From Eledone cirrhosa (lineage: Eukaryota): a stretch of 64,000 bases of DNA. Shown one piece after another: positions 1 to 14,087 of this stretch (its first letter is position 1; each line of letters begins with the position of its first letter). Below the pieces are notes generated by a model that worked only from the letters and a program-made list of their open reading frames with translations, made no database searches and was not told where the DNA came from. Both the position numbers and the translations under genes were made by a program. The stretch is from assembly GCA_964016885.1 (NCBI GenBank), contig OZ024741.1:227230001-227294000 (forward strand), in the 5' to 3' direction.

Positions 1-395
1 CGCTGGAAAAGCCATTCCTGCTCACGAGGCTCACACCTGCGGCTGGCCAGTGCAGTGCCTATGGTGGTGAGTAGGGACTGCCAAGAGTACAACCGCAAAC
101 CTGTCAGAGAGCGACAGGCATACTGGTGTACCATCTTGATTAACTACTTAATTGTTCAAGTATGCGCCCTAGGCCTAGAGCCCACCACCCTCCCCTTTCC
201 CCTGAGCACTTCCCTTCATTTTCCATTTTTAAATATCTGTAGTGTTATTTGAAATAGATTTGTTTATGGGTTGTTTTTTTTAAATATGATTTTTATCAAT
301 TATTATTTATCTTTTGTAGAACCGTTAACTTGCGAGATATAAACACAGTCGTAAATATTGAGAAAGACACAAATATAAATATATATATATATATA

Positions 396-816
396 CAGAC
401 GTGCCAACCTCTATAAACACTAATAGGGAGTACTATGAAAAATAGTGCTCCAAAACGAGGAGAAATGAGGCAAAATGGAAAGATTTTATATAATTGTTTC
501 TACTTTTGGCACAAGGCCAGCAATTACCCAGTACATTACTGGTATTTTAATTTATCGACCCCGTAAGGATGAAAGGCAGTTAACCTCGACAGGATTTGAA
601 CTCCGACCGTAACGGTGGGGGGAGGGGGGGGGGGTAAGGGATAACAAAATATCAGTTAGAGGTTGTGAATACTCTGTATTGTGGATAGTTTTAGCGTACG
701 GCGTTGTTTGACTCAACAAGAGGTTTCCGTAATGAAAGCATTTTCATAAGTGATCACAACACACCCCAAAGTGGCTGGGAGATCTCCCCGTCCAACGGAG
801 AGTTGATAGGTCTCTG
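396..816. mobile_element. MITE-like element with imperfect terminal inverted repeats, interrupted by a SINE (492-612)
   Basis: Starts CAGACGTGCCAACCTCT and ends AGAGTTGATAGGTCTCTG. Internal segments are similar to 37025-37215 and to 36116-36260 (reverse). Confidence 0.5.
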
Positions 817-862
817 TATAAGTATATATAACTGCAGAAGCCCGCCATATATATATATATAT

Positions 863-1292
863 AATGATATTAAATAAATGGAAACTATATTTATAAAACC
901 ATATTTATTCTATTATATATATTTCAAGAGTACCAAAAACTTTGGTACGCTTTCATCAGATGAAATACAAAGTGTGTTTTATAAATTTTCACATAGTCAA
1001 GGAACATACCTTATCAGTTGAATTTTCCTTGGAAAATTCAACTGATAAGGTATGTTCCTTGGATATGTCAAAATTTATAAAACACACTTTGTATTTTATC
1101 TGATGAAAGCGTACCAAAGTTTTTGGTACTCTTGAAATATATATAATAGAATAAATATGGTTTTATAAATATAGTTTCCATTTATTTAATATCATTGAAT
1201 ATTTACTCCAGAAATTTGTCGAGTGCTCTGAATCAGTTATAAACATTTATATTTGTTGAATTACCAACAAATTAAATATCCCTTCTGCTTAT
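863..1292 (+). mobile_element. Penelope-type terminal repeat folded into a 334-bp palindrome (863-1196), flanked by (TA)n
   Basis: Arms are symmetric about 1029/1030 (TTTTCC tt GGAAAA). A second family copy lies at 16950-17262. Contains a hammerhead motif. Confidence 0.75.
1095..1150 (+). ncRNA. Type-I hammerhead ribozyme motif (mirror copy on minus strand 909-964)
   Basis: tttat CTGATGA aag-c-gtaccaa agttt ttggtac-t-ctt GAAA tatata TA ataga. Stems I and II pair and stem III is palindromic. Confidence 0.7.
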
Positions 1293-3089
1293 ATATATGT
1301 GTGTGTTTCTACAGTTTTACTCATAAGACACGTGAGGCTAAAGTAGAAAACACTTGCGTAAGCTTATAGTTAAAAATATATATATATATATATACGCGCG
1401 AATCGATGATTTAACCCTAACATAATCGATACAGTAAAGCTATCTCTAATCCTAACCCAACTCTAACGCAATGAACCCGATGAATCATGCGAAAATGTTT
1501 CGTCTTTTTAATTCGAGATTTATCGTCAAGGATTGCCGGAATTTGTTTTCTGTTGTTTAGGCCCAGATGAACGATGATAGTAAGCAGTTATTTCCAATCC
1601 GATTACTGTTGGGGAGCGAATTTTCAAACTCGATTATCCACTCATGAAGATCCATCATACCAACCTCAACTTTCATCTATTTCAACAATTTTAACTTATT
1701 TATTTTTTCTTCATTATTTTCATAACACAAATTCCGCCGAATTTCTTTTAAATAAATTTTCCGAATTCGATTAATTTAAATCTAACCCAAACGATGTATT
1801 TGCTCGATACATCATATATTTGTTTTGAAAAACTTTTTCTCGTAATTGTTCATGTAGATCTAGCTTACGAATTCTCGTGACTAACTTTAACAATGTGCCT
1901 GCCTGTATGCATATGGGTATATATATATATATACCCATATGCATACAGGCATATATATATATATATATGGGTATATATAAATATATATATATACCCATAT
2001 ATATATATATATATATACCTATATATATATAGATGTTAAAATGAAACAGATTTATATTCGCCCACAAATAAGCGAGTCCGTTACACGACGGTTTTTTTTT
2101 ATTTTTGCAAAATTGTGTCTGATGTATGCATGTACAACTTTAAAGTTAAGTTTAATAGTCTCCGTTTCAAGAGACCAATGAAACGGGAAGCATTACAAAT
2201 CTCCCATGAAACAAATGTACGTTTACATCTGTAACCCGTGTGGGCGCCATCGTGACAGTGTGTCTTAGCACTTTAGACCTGGTAAAGCCTATTCCCTCTA
2301 CAGGTTTGAACACAGTCAATTTCTTCCGGCGATTGAGAGAGGGGTCGTGGAGGGAGACAGATATATAGAGAAAGAAGCGACCCTATTATTTGACTGGTAC
2401 ATTTTTTATCGACTTCGACAGCACTTAAAGTCAGAGAGCGAAGGGAGCTGAAACAAATTCCGCCGAAGCCAACAAAGCACGTCATAAAAAGGAATAAATT
2501 ATTTGTAGTAGTCATGGATATAAACTATGTCTAGACTGTCTGACCATAGATGGAAACTCCATCGAACGTACGTCTACCAAATCAAGGATTATCTCGGAAA
2601 ACGTAACAACAAAAACAAACTCTACCAATCAATATTGATAATAAAACAAGAAAGATAAGGAAGTATGAGTTTGATATTTAAATAATACTTACTCGGGAGT
2701 AACATCCATTTTGTTTAAAATAAAAGAAACAGTTATAATTTTTGTTATTGCAACTTATTTTACATACGACGACATTTAATTTAACCGCTCTCTGATTTTT
2801 TAGCCAATCAGTTGGCGCGTAACTGCTAAAGTCAAATTGACCAATCATAGACAGTCTTATAATAAAATATTGACACTGTTATGTTTGTTAGTGTACGTAA
2901 TGTGTTGATGGAAATATTTTTGTATAATGTTTTCACATCGAGGCTTAACTTCTGTTTATTTAATTTTATTTTAAGTGGTATGTGAAGGCTTGCTGTTATG
3001 TGGTGGACTGATACAATTTCAGTTGCTGTTGCCAGGCGCTCGCGGTACTACTCAACAACGCGATAGGTGATCAAAAAAGAACACTTGCG

Positions 3090-3990
3090 TTATGTAGAGG
3101 GTTAGTGAAAGGTATGAGCGCCGATGGCCTAGGATTGACTCTGGGACAGTCTGAACAGGCTCTTCTTGAGGTCGGGGATTATGGACTTCTTTTTCTTCGC
3201 CCACTTATTCCTGAAAGGGTCGTGGAGGCTGAATCTTCAAACATCCCTTCCAGAAACAACCGTTTCCAACTGATCCGGCTGGATCCCCACGCTAGACCAA
3301 CCGAGCTCATGGATGTTATCCAACTATCTTGTTGGGATCTGAAGATAGCAAGTTCGGCTTTTACACCTACCTCGCTTCTGGTTACCGAATGCTGAAGCTG
3401 GATTACGGCATCAGCTCTTGTAATTCTTGCAGGATTGGCAGTATCGGTAGAGCGTCAGACACCATGCTTTGTAACATAGAGTTATGGCCCTTTGCGTTCT
3501 GAGTTCAAATCCCGCCAGAGTTAACGTTGCTGTCATCTTTACGGGTTCGATAAAATAAAGCAATAGTAATGCACTGGAGTAATTGCTGGCCTTGTGCCAA
3601 AAGTAGAAACAGTTATTATTTTGGACAATTTCCAAAAATCCTTGGCAAGGCAGTGCTACAGAGAGGCACTACCAGTTCAAGACAAGCTCTAAAGGTACAG
3701 GAGTAGCAACAGCCGGACCAGTCCGAAATGCTCACAGGACGACGAAACTTGTACCAGACAACTGCTATCACATGTAGGACAGATCTGGCTATAGGTCAGG
3801 TTTATAATATAAATTGAACTCTCACTTTTTAGAAAGGAGTCGCAGAAAGTTTTCCTCTGCTTGGTAGCTATGGGGAAAGAAGCCATATATAAAAGGTGAG
3901 AAGATGAGAATCCAGTGTGTTTTATGAAAGATCTGAGAGAACGGCGAGATTGACAAGGCTGAATGAGCTTACTGTAACTATGTTTTTCGA
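3090..3990 (+). pseudogene. Decayed L1/Tx1-like LINE ORF2 3' region, interrupted by a SINE (3433-3617)
   Basis: The plus strand from ~3621 reads LDNFQKSLARQCYREALPVQDKL*RYRSSNSRTSPKCSQDDET, resembling the zf-RVT region of L1/Tx1 elements, with stops. Confidence 0.55.
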
Positions 3991-4147
3991 AGCAAAAGGT
4001 AGGAAACTTTAAGAAGGCACTTTCAATCCCCATGAAGTCACAGAGTAACCCAGGGTTTTGTGTGGTGGTGGTTCTCACTGGAATCATCCTAAAGTGCAGT
4101 TCTCCCCATTATTGGGGAATTGGTCCTTGTTGACATTCATTATTGCT

Positions 4148-4698
4148 GGATTGGCAGTATCGGTAAGGGTCGGACTCCATGCTTTGAAGCATAGAGTTAC
4201 CTCCCTTTATGATCTGAGTTCAAATCCCGCCGAGGTTAACTTTGCCTTTCATCCTTACGGGGTCGATAAAATAAAGTACCAGTAATGCACTGGAATAATT
4301 GCTGGCCCTGTGCCAAAAGTAGAAACAATTATTGCTGGATTGGCAGTATCGGTAGAGAGTCGGACGCCATGCTTTGACGCATAGAGTTACGGCCCTTGCT
4401 ATTCTGAGTTCAAATCCCGCCGAGGTTAACTTTGCCTTTCATCCTTACGGGGTTGATAAAATAAAGTACCAGTAATCTACTGGATAATTGCTGACCTTGT
4501 GCCAAAAGTAGAAACAATTATTGCTATTGTTGAGTACCAGTAATGCACTGGGTATTTGCTGGCCGCGTGCCAAAAGTAGAAACAATTATTGCTATTGTCG
4601 AGGTTAACTTTGCCTTTCATCCTTACTGGGTCGATAAAATAAAGTACCAGTAATGCACTGGGTAATTGCTGGCTTTGTGCCAAAAGTAGAAACAATTA
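4148..4698 (+). mobile_element. Tandem cluster of 3-4 tRNA-derived SINE copies and fragments
   Basis: Repeated A box TGGCAGTATCGG, B box GAGTTCAAATCC, body CTTTCATCCTTACGGGGTCGATAAAATAAAGTACCAG and tail AAAGTAGAAACAATT. Confidence 0.85.
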
Positions 4699-5001
4699 TT
4701 ACTATTGTTTTCTAATATATATTTATTATAAAATAGCTGAATGACCCAGCGTTACCTGGGTTACTACTGTTCTTCAGATTGGTAAACAATAAATATGAAG
4801 ATATATTTTTTTCCCATAATTATTTTAAAATATTAAAATTGTAATGATAATAGAATTTAGAAATGGAAATCTGTCAATCTTGAAGCACCTCAGGGTAAAC
4901 AATATTCATTGTGTAATTTTTTGTTGGTGCGCAAATGAATAAATTGTTGCTGCTTCCAACTCATGAGCAACCAACATAGAGTTGACCATGGGAGAAGCAT
5001 A

Positions 5002-5036
<35 letters not shown>

Positions 5037-5186
5037 TTTAGAAAGTGAGGTTTTTTTACAAAATGAAAAATAACCGAGGTGTCCTACACGAGTGAAAGTA
5101 TATATATATATGGAGGCACATGGCTTAGTGGTTAGAACATTGGCCTTGCAATTGAAAGGTTGTGTGATGTATATATATATATACAT

Positions 5187-5525
5187 GGAGGCACATGGCT
5201 TAGTGGTTAGAGCATTGGCCTTACAATCGAAAGGTTGTGAGTTTAATTCTCAGACCGGGTGATGTGTTGTTTCACTTTATTTCACATTGCTCCAGTTTAC
5301 TCAGTTGTAGAAATGAGATGATAGGGATTGGAGTCCATATCATTCCACTGCAAAGTGGTCATGGTGGTGCCACGGCAAAGAAACACCCAGCACTCACTGT
5401 AAATGAGGTTGGTGTTAGGAAGGGCATCCAGCTGTAGAAATCTAGCCAGAATCAGTTCCCATCCCACCCTTGCAAGCAGGGAAAAGCGGACGTAAACTGA
5501 TGATGTTGATGATGATGATGATGAT
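5187..5525 (+). mobile_element. Second tRNA-derived SINE family with RTE-like 3' end and (GAT)n tail
   Basis: Head GGAGGCACATGGCTTAGTGGTTAGAG (head duplicated at 5112-5165). The 3' part GGTTGGTGTTAGGAAGGGCATCCAGCTGTAGAAA...GATGATGAT is shared with 10189-10347. Confidence 0.8.
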
Positions 5526-5611
5526 ATATAAAATTTAAAAACAGAGTTAAAGACTCACGTTAATCTCCTATAATCTAATGAGCTCAAGGTATAGATTCCA
5601 GGCTCTTTATA

Positions 5612-5990
5612 AATCAGTATATAGAGAGAAGTATGCATAGAGGTATATGTTTACTCATAGGGGATAAAAAAAAACCACCAGATGTTGAACATATTGTCTA
5701 TGAAAGGAAAGATGAGTACAGATCAATGAAAAGAAATTAAAGTGTACTAACCATCCAATAATAACTATAACACCTGGACATGCTCCAATTAGAGTATGTT
5801 TCGCCACAAAAAGTGAAGATTGCATATTGTAGAGGGCTACAGGTGGACTACAATATGGTCCACACTTCTAAAAATGTGTCAGATAACTAAAAAAATGCAC
5901 ATGGTATAGAGAATATGTTCACTCTGGTGGGTTTTTTAAACCCTATGATTAAATACATACCTCTATGTGTACTTCTCTCTATATACTGAT
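5612..5990. repeat. Imperfect inverted repeat (~85-bp arms, 5612-5696 and 5912-5990)
   Basis: ATCAGTATATAGAGAGAAGTA...GAACATATT versus AATATGTTCA...TACTTCTCTCTATATACTGAT. Confidence 0.7.
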
Positions 5991-6020
5991 GTCTAACCCA
6001 TCCTAGTGTGATGATGATGA

Positions 6021-6084
<64 letters not shown>

Positions 6085-6089
<5 letters not shown>

Positions 6090-6419
6090 AGCAAATTATA
6101 AATGTAAACATGTAAGTATGTTTTTGAAACGGTGCACGAGTTTGAAAATTAGAAATTAGAAATTATAAGCTTTCACCGTATTTTAGACTAAAGAAATTTC
6201 TAGCCTGATAGTGGGGTTTATAACCCTCGGAGAAATGGAAAAAGATGAGTGTTGCCGTACATGTACTCAAAATTATTTTTGAAAAGCATTAGAAATGCGC
6301 AACTGGTAAAACTTAAAACCAAAACTGAATACTAACCAATACTATTACTAATTTTCATTTATTCCTAATTAAACTATTTTTCACTGTGAACAATTTGTTA
6401 GCATTTACTTTTCCGTTTA

Positions 6420-6425
<6 letters not shown>
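6085..6425 (+). mobile_element. Repeat flanked by (TA)n, probable PLE 3' terminal region
   Basis: Related copies at 56577-56879 (palindromic), 31935-32000 and 45165-45325 (reverse, at the 3' end of a PLE GIY-YIG fragment). Confidence 0.6.
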
Positions 6426-6478
<53 letters not shown>

Positions 6479-6663
6479 CTTTACAAAACCACCTGCCTCT
6501 TTGAGGTCAAATACCAACCCTACTACCATCTACAAACTGACCAATGAGAATCAAGACTATTCCTGCTGACAACATTAATTTATTCCTAACAAGCTCATAT
6601 GTCCCAAGGCTCTGATACCATCAACACTATAAACACAGAGCTGGCATATCTAAGAACTGACTA

Positions 6664-6719
6664 ACTGCCTGATGAGGTCATAGCCATTCAATGGTTATCA
6701 TCGAAATATATATAGCAGT
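6664..6719 (+). ncRNA. Type-I hammerhead ribozyme motif
   Basis: ACTGC CTGATGA ggt-c-atagccatt c aatggttat-c-atc GAAA tatata TA GCAGT. Perfect 5-bp stem I and palindromic stem III, inside the (TA)n-flanked unit 6478-6770. Confidence 0.8.
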
Positions 6720-6787
6720 AAATAAAGGATTATGAGTTCATGCAATTGACTTATGTTTCGTCACTAAATATATATATATATATATAT

Positions 6788-7350
6788 ATTGTTATGCTTT
6801 GGGAGGGTCATGTTGCCAATAAGAAACACATGCACCAGTTGCTTTCACTCCAATTTATTATAAATTAAATTTATAAATTTAAGAATTTATAAATTTCCGG
6901 TTGGTTGGTTCCATAACCGGATGGTTGTTCATATATTGTCAAAGTTCTTTCGTCACACATTCTGTGACCTCTTCAGTGACTCGGGATTCTTTTCTTTTTT
7001 TTGTGCCTCTCCTTTGTTCTGTCCTACGCCATCTTGATGGCGTAGGACAGAACAAAGGAGCCATCTTGATGGCGTAGGGCAGTACAAAGGAGAGGCACAA
7101 GAAAAGGAGCGTAACAAAGGAGAGGAAGAGGTCACAGAATGTGTGACGAAAGAACTTTGACAATATATGAACAACCGTCCGGTTATGAAACCAACCAAAC
7201 AACCGGAAATTTATAATTTATTGGCAACATGACCGAAAACATGTTGCCGGAAAGTTATTGGCAACATAACCCTCCCAAAGTATAACAATATCGGTTTCAA
7301 CACACGTTTTTCAGATAAAGAATCTTGCTAAACAAATTCAGAAACAAAAT
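6788..7350. mobile_element. Fold-back PLE-type terminal repeat with hammerhead on minus strand (6938-6980)
   Basis: Inverted arms and a local hairpin TCCTACGCCATC tt GATGGCGTAGGA. Same family as 29020-30612. Confidence 0.75.
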
Positions 7351-7361
7351 ATATATATATA

Positions 7362-7572
7362 TATTTATTAAAATAACAGATTAAAGTTTAAGCAAAGAAT
7401 CGCTGCTTTCACCCTTAACGGGATCTTCTGAAACTAACAAAGTCAATCTGTGAACGCAGAAGTGAATATTTCAAAAAACGTTGCAGCCAGAGGAAGACAG
7501 GAAGATGATACTTTGGTTCGTGGAAACGTTCCCTGGCAAAGAATGGGAAAAAACGAATATAATACATCATTA
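7362..7572 (-). mobile_element. 3' terminal fragment of the PLE family at 52050-56575
   Basis: Near-identical to 52136-52345. Confidence 0.8.
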
Positions 7573-7626
7573 TATATATATATGTATATACATATAGTAA
7601 TAATAATAATAATATATATATATAAT

Positions 7627-7657
<31 letters not shown>

Positions 7658-7680
7658 CGTATAGTAATAATAATAATAAT

Positions 7681-8004
7681 ATCATCATCATTTCATTTTA
7701 CGTCCAGTTTTCCCTGCTTGCAAGGGTGGGATGGGATGCCCTAGGGTGGGACGGGATGCCCTTCCTAACACCAACCTCATTTACAGTGAGTGCTGGGTGC
7801 TTTTTTGCTGTGGCACCTCCACGACCACTTTGCAGTGGAATGATAGGGACCCAGTCTTTATCATCTCATTTCTACAGCTGACTAAACTGGAGCAATGTGA
7901 AATAAAGTGTCTTGCTCAAGGAAACAACACATCACCCGGTCTGAGAATTGAACTCACAACTTTTCGATTGCAAGGCTAATGCTCTAACCACTAAGCCATG
8001 TGCC
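7681..8004 (-). mobile_element. tRNA-derived SINE (family of 5187-5525)
   Basis: Reverse complement of the head GGCACATGGCTTAGTGGTTAGAGC and of the (GAT)n tail. Confidence 0.8.
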
Positions 8005-8014
8005 TTATAAAAAA

Positions 8015-8526
<512 letters not shown>

Positions 8527-8539
8527 TATACATATAGAT

Positions 8540-9960
8540 AGGAGTAACTATAGAGGCATTAAATTAATCGACCAGGTCATGAAGGTCACGGAAAAAGTAA
8601 TAGCGCAACTAATCAGAGAGCGAATTGATCTAGATGAAATGCAGTTCGGGTTTGTGTCAGGAAAAAGTACCACAGACGCTCATTTCATTGTACGAAAACT
8701 ACAGGAGAAGTACCTAGCTAAAAGTAAACCCCTATACTTAACTTTTGTTGACTTGGAGAAAGCCTTTGACAGAGTCCCCCGCTCCATTATCTGGTGGGCT
8801 CTTAGAAAACTAGGTGTTGATGAATGGCTTGTGAGAGAAACAGTCAGCAAGGTTAGAATTAACAACGAATATAGTGAAGAGTTTAGTGTAAAAGTTGGTG
8901 TTCATCAGGGCTCTGTTCTTAGCCCCCTACTATTTATTATTGCCCTCCAGGCTATAACAGTGGAGTTCAAGACCGGCTGCCCGTGGGAACTCCTATACGC
9001 AGATGATCTAACGCTCATAGCTGAATCAATGGCCGAGCTAGAGAAGAAATTCCAAACATGGAAGCACGGCCTAGAATCAAAAGGCCTTAAAATTAACCTG
9101 GCTAAGACTAAAGTTCTAGTTTGTAAGAAAGAAAATAAGGCGGCGGTCCCCTCCGGGAAGTGGCCATGCTCAGTGTGTAGGAAAGGCGTAGGTAGAAACT
9201 CCATTTTGTGTCCCAAATGCAAAGTATGGGTGCATAAAAGATGTAGTGGGATCACAGGTAAGCTAACTAAGAACATAGATTTTACATGTGGCCGGTGTTC
9301 TGGGGCAATAAGTAGCAGCAAGTGCCCCAAAAATACTAGCTCTTTCAACTGCGCGGAGGGTTCTATAGAAATAGTGGACAGCTTCCGTTACCTGGGTGAC
9401 AGAATCAGTAGTGGGGGAGGGTGCTCTGAAAGTACAGTAGCTAGAGTCAGAACTGGTTGGAAAAAGTTCAGAGAGCTTATACCTCTACTAGCCGCTAAAG
9501 GGTTCTCCCTAAAAATGAAAGGCAGGCTGTATGATGCCTGCATACGAACAGCAATGTTGCATGGCAGTGAGACCTGGGCATTGTGTGCAGAGGATATACG
9601 CAGACTAGAGAGAAACGAAGCTTGCATGCTCCGCTGGATGTGTAATAGTAATATACGTGAACGGCAAAGCATAAACGAACTAAGGAAAAAATTAGAAATA
9701 AGAGGGATCAGATGTTGTTTACTCGAGAGAAGACTACGTTGGTATGGTCACGTGATGCGCATGAAGGACGATAGCTGTATAACAAAGTGCAGGGCAATAA
9801 AGATAGACGGTAGCCACGGAATAGGCAGACACAGAAAAACCTGGGACGAGCTGATAAATTCCAACCTCACACACTTACACCTCACCAAGACAATGTCACT
9901 GGACCGAGACCTTTGGCGGTACTCAGTAATAGAGAAGACCCGCCTTACCTAAATACAAAG
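8540..9960 (+). mobile_element. 5'-truncated RTE-clade LINE; ORF 8579-9952 encodes RT plus Cys-rich finger
   Basis: Motifs NYRGIKL, QFGF, FVDLEKAFDRV, GVHQGSVLSPLLF, LLYADDL, FRYLG, RRLRWYGHV. No endonuclease domain is present. Confidence 0.92.
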
Positions 9961-10139
9961 TAAAACCTACTACAGTCAGTAGGCATCTCTAACAAAATAC
10001 ACCCCCGTCCCACCACCCCCACCCCATCCACACCGCCCCTTTCAATGTAAAGTTATGTTGGTGCCACAACATCTAGGCCGAAACAAATGAGATCGTGTAG
10101 GTGTCACGTCAAAAAAACACACAGTTCACGCTGTAATGT

Positions 10140-10347
10140 GGCCGTGTAGGCAACACGGTAAAAACCTCCCAGCCCCACACTGTAAATGTGGTTGGTGTTA
10201 GGAAGGGCATCCAGCTGTAGAAAACCCGCCAGATAGTCCTATGTGAGCAAGATAACCACTCTTGCCTCAAGTGGGAAAACCCTCCGTCCAAACCCATGCA
10301 AGCGTGGAACACGGACGTTAAACGATGATGATGATGATGATGATGAT
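10140..10347 (+). mobile_element. RTE-type 3' UTR with (GAT)n tail
   Basis: GGTTGGTGTTAGGAAGGGCATCCAGCTGTAGAAA...CGGACGTTAAACGATGATGATG downstream of the RTE ORF. Confidence 0.7.
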
Positions 10348-13300
10348 GTATATATATGGAATGTAGAAAAGTAACACACGAGTTGATATAAACAAATAGT
10401 AAAAAGGAAAACATTTCAGAAAATGCTGGATTTGCAAAACATTTATTTATAAAGTGGGTATTTCTGCATTTAATAGTGGTACCAGTTTCAGGTTGATATG
10501 CTTTTGCAACTGCGGATGTGCATAATGCAGTTAAGTTACATATTTATATGAAAAATAAAAGGGGGAAGAAAAATTATTAGTTTTTACATACATATTTAGA
10601 GAGGAGAGTTCATATCTCTGTCCGAGGTTGTCCTTCGTTCTCTGTTAGTGGTAACAGAAAACGAATGACTTATACAACATTAATGTGTGTGTGAGTGTGG
10701 TGTGTGTATGTATGTGTATGAGCTGTGTTGTGTGTGCATGTACCAGTAAAATATACATCCTAAACCAACATACTCAAGAAGCAAAGAGTCCCTTCAGCAG
10801 GTGAAGTGTCGGCTCCCACCTTGCACTACTACGCTGCAGCTCACGAGCTTTGTTTTCCATCCTTCCTCAAGAGTTGATGAGTCCATGCAGAGGAGTTTGT
10901 TGGTTCATCCCTCTGTTTATGGGCTTTGCTTTCCATCCTTGTTCAAGAGCCGCTGGTGTCAATCTGGACTGAGTTGCTGCGCTCTTTTCTACATTTGTTG
11001 AAAGCAGAAGCAATGGTGGTGGTTACTGGCTTACTGTCATTGCTTTCTGTTGTCTAGAAGACTGAAAAATAGCCACCCTCAAGGATAGAGGGTAAAAGGA
11101 TTGGCTCTGTTTAAGATCCGTGCAAGGCTGATTCGATGTATGTTCAAAATGATTCTGTTCTTTTATTCTGCATTCACTTGAGTTCTTCTTTTTCCAGCAT
11201 TGCTGCTGTCATGAGCTTTGCTTCCCATCATTGTCACTCACTGGAATATAGCTGGTCTGCCATGTGCTGTATCACTGAGTTGTGCTGTAAGACAGAAGTA
11301 CTGCCTTTGTTTGTCCATTGCCAAATCGAAGAAGGTTTGGTGTCACCTGTTGATGTGGTTATACATGCAACAGTAGATATGCCCTTGAGTTTAGATTTTG
11401 TTGCTGTTTGAGACCATGAAATGGCTACCCTCGAAGAAAACAAAAGGATTGGCTTCAATTCAGAACAGTTTTGCTTCAATTCTAATATTGTCTGCCTAAC
11501 ATATTACAGTGATTCTGAAGCAAAATGATCCACTTGTCCCATTGTTTCTTTATTCTCCATATTCTCCAGCACACCTCTCCATACTGTAGTGTGCTGTTGC
11601 ATTTACTTAGGTTTCACCTTTCCAAGTAACACCTCACTGGACATTAGAAGTGTCAGCTAATGCTTCTCCGCCTCTTCCATCATGCAATTTTTTGCATCCG
11701 TTCGACAGATGAGTCCTTGAGGCTAGAGTAAAGTCAGTTCATGACTGGTCAGTCACCACTCATGGGCCTTCTTTCCTTCCATGATAGAGAGCCACTGGTG
11801 TTGAGCCAGACTGAGTCGCTATCTACTTTTCCCCATCTATTCAGAGCAGCATCAATAGTGTTGGTTACCACTTTGCTGCCACTGCCACCACTCTCCATTG
11901 TTTGAGGCATCATGAAATGACCACCCTTGAAGAATCATGGAAGAAGGATTGACTCTGAAGGTGGTGTTGGGTTGGACTGAGTCGATACATATTCAAAATG
12001 ATCCTGTTTCTTTATTCTACATGTGTTTAGGTTCCGCCTTTTCCAGAATTGCCACCACTATTAGTGACATAGGGCCAGGCTACTTTGTGTATCACTGAGT
12101 GGTTGTCTTGTAAGGCAGAGCAGCCCTGCTGCAGTTTGGCCATAGCCAAACAGAAGAAGGATTGGTGTGATCTGTTGAGGTGGCTGTATGTACGATTATA
12201 GAGATGCTTGTGAGTTTTGCCATTTGTCAGTGTTTGCGTGACCGTGAAATATTCCAATTGAGACTGGTGTTGGGTTGGGCCAGGGCACCATTCAAAAGGA
12301 AATACTTAACCCTTTAGGATTCAAACAGACTATATCCGGCCAGAATTCTCTCCTCTCTTTTTGTTCAAACCAGCCATAACCAACCACTATACTGATGTTA
12401 AGGTGTTGTTCTCAAAAGAAATAATATCAAATCTCATAGATTCGATATTATGTGAGATAAAGTGTTTACCGTGAGAATAAAATAGTATATATAAAGTAAT
12501 GTAAATGCTCAAGGGTTATTGGAGCATCTACTACACTACAGTTTATTGAGTATTTTCCCACAACCTACCCCATTCAATGCACATCAAGGCAGCTGTAGTA
12601 TGCATAATAGTTGAAATAACAATGGCAATAAATCAAAAGAAAACTATACACTGTGTTATTTCTTCATCTTCACATGGCAGTATACACACAGCTATATATT
12701 ACTATTTTTTTTTTCTCTCAGTTATAAATGAGAGGAAAGACAGAAGATAATTCAGTTTTAATGCCCAACATTCCAGAACATTAAATTTGTTGTCTTCAAA
12801 CTGTATGGTATGATAGCTTGTCAAGTTAAAATGTACATAGCAGTATTTTTCACTTTCCTCCCTATAATACCATAAGAGGCAGAATGATACATCTATCTCT
12901 ATATACACTACTACACACTAATAGGTCATCAGAAGAGGAAATAATATCAGAATATTTATTTTATGTCTGCTTTTTCCAACCCTTGAAAAGAGGATGTAAA
13001 AACGATGATGATGATGATGATGTCTGATGTCTGATAAGTTACCATTTAGTGTTTTATTGCCTATTAGTAAGGACTTTATTATGTATGGGACATGGACCCT
13101 AGAAATTATTTCTATTTGGCTATGTTTTTGAATAGATACAATATCTATATGGCTTGATATATTGTCACAATAACAAATAATTCAACCATCATCAACCTTA
13201 CCTACCTGTACTTAATAAGAATGACTTAAATTATAGTTCTAATTGTCTTTGACAGGTTTCCAATAATCTGTGTTGTTTCTCTGGGGGGTAATGTGATACC

Positions 13301-13444
13301 CAATTGACTAGAATCCCATCGACATATGGCAGATATAATGTAGACATTAATTTAGCTTCTTTTTCTTCTTTCTTGGAAGTGTATAATAAACAAGAATTCT
13401 TTGTCAGACACCATCAACTATCTCTTGAGCAGATGACATGTTTC

Positions 13445-13508
<64 letters not shown>

Positions 13509-13552
13509 TTAATATTAGTAGTAGCAGCAATATTAGTTGTAGCAGTAGTAGT
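13445..13552. repeat. (AGT)n microsatellite
   Basis: Direct reading. Confidence 0.95.
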
Positions 13553-14087
13553 CCACTTCTCAATATAGTCAAATTTCTTTCTTGCACCAGCTTCAAAGAA
13601 ATTTCTTGCCAATATTTTCACACTAGCTGACTAAATTATTGTTGGAATCAACCCGAAAGAAATATTCCTTGTGTGTGTGTTTGAATTTGAAAGTTGTGCT
13701 ATTGGGTACATGACAGAGATGAAAGCAAAGAGAAGAAAGGAAGAAGGCAAAAAAAAAGAAGAAATTTATGAATCTTATGTATCTTCTATGTCTCCCACTT
13801 TCTACATATTAGATTGTAATATAAACAAACATTGTCTTTAAGTATGTAATGTTGCACTTCATCTTTCACATCTCATTTGTTGCAGGGGGCGGGTTCGTAA
13901 ATATTTTTTTAATAATAATTTTTCTTATTGTTCCCATTAAATTTCCAGCTTACAATTAAAAATTCAAAACAAAAGTTTGGAAAAATATAATTTATATCAT
14001 TTTTCAATGTATCATAATAGTCAACTTGGTCAATGGGAGACAACTCTGTCACTTTCTCCATCATCTCAATAAAGTATTCCCTGCTAA

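Noticed and set aside
2800-2850. Paired CCAAT boxes as a promoter
   Set aside because: No associated gene, and the short motifs are expected by chance.
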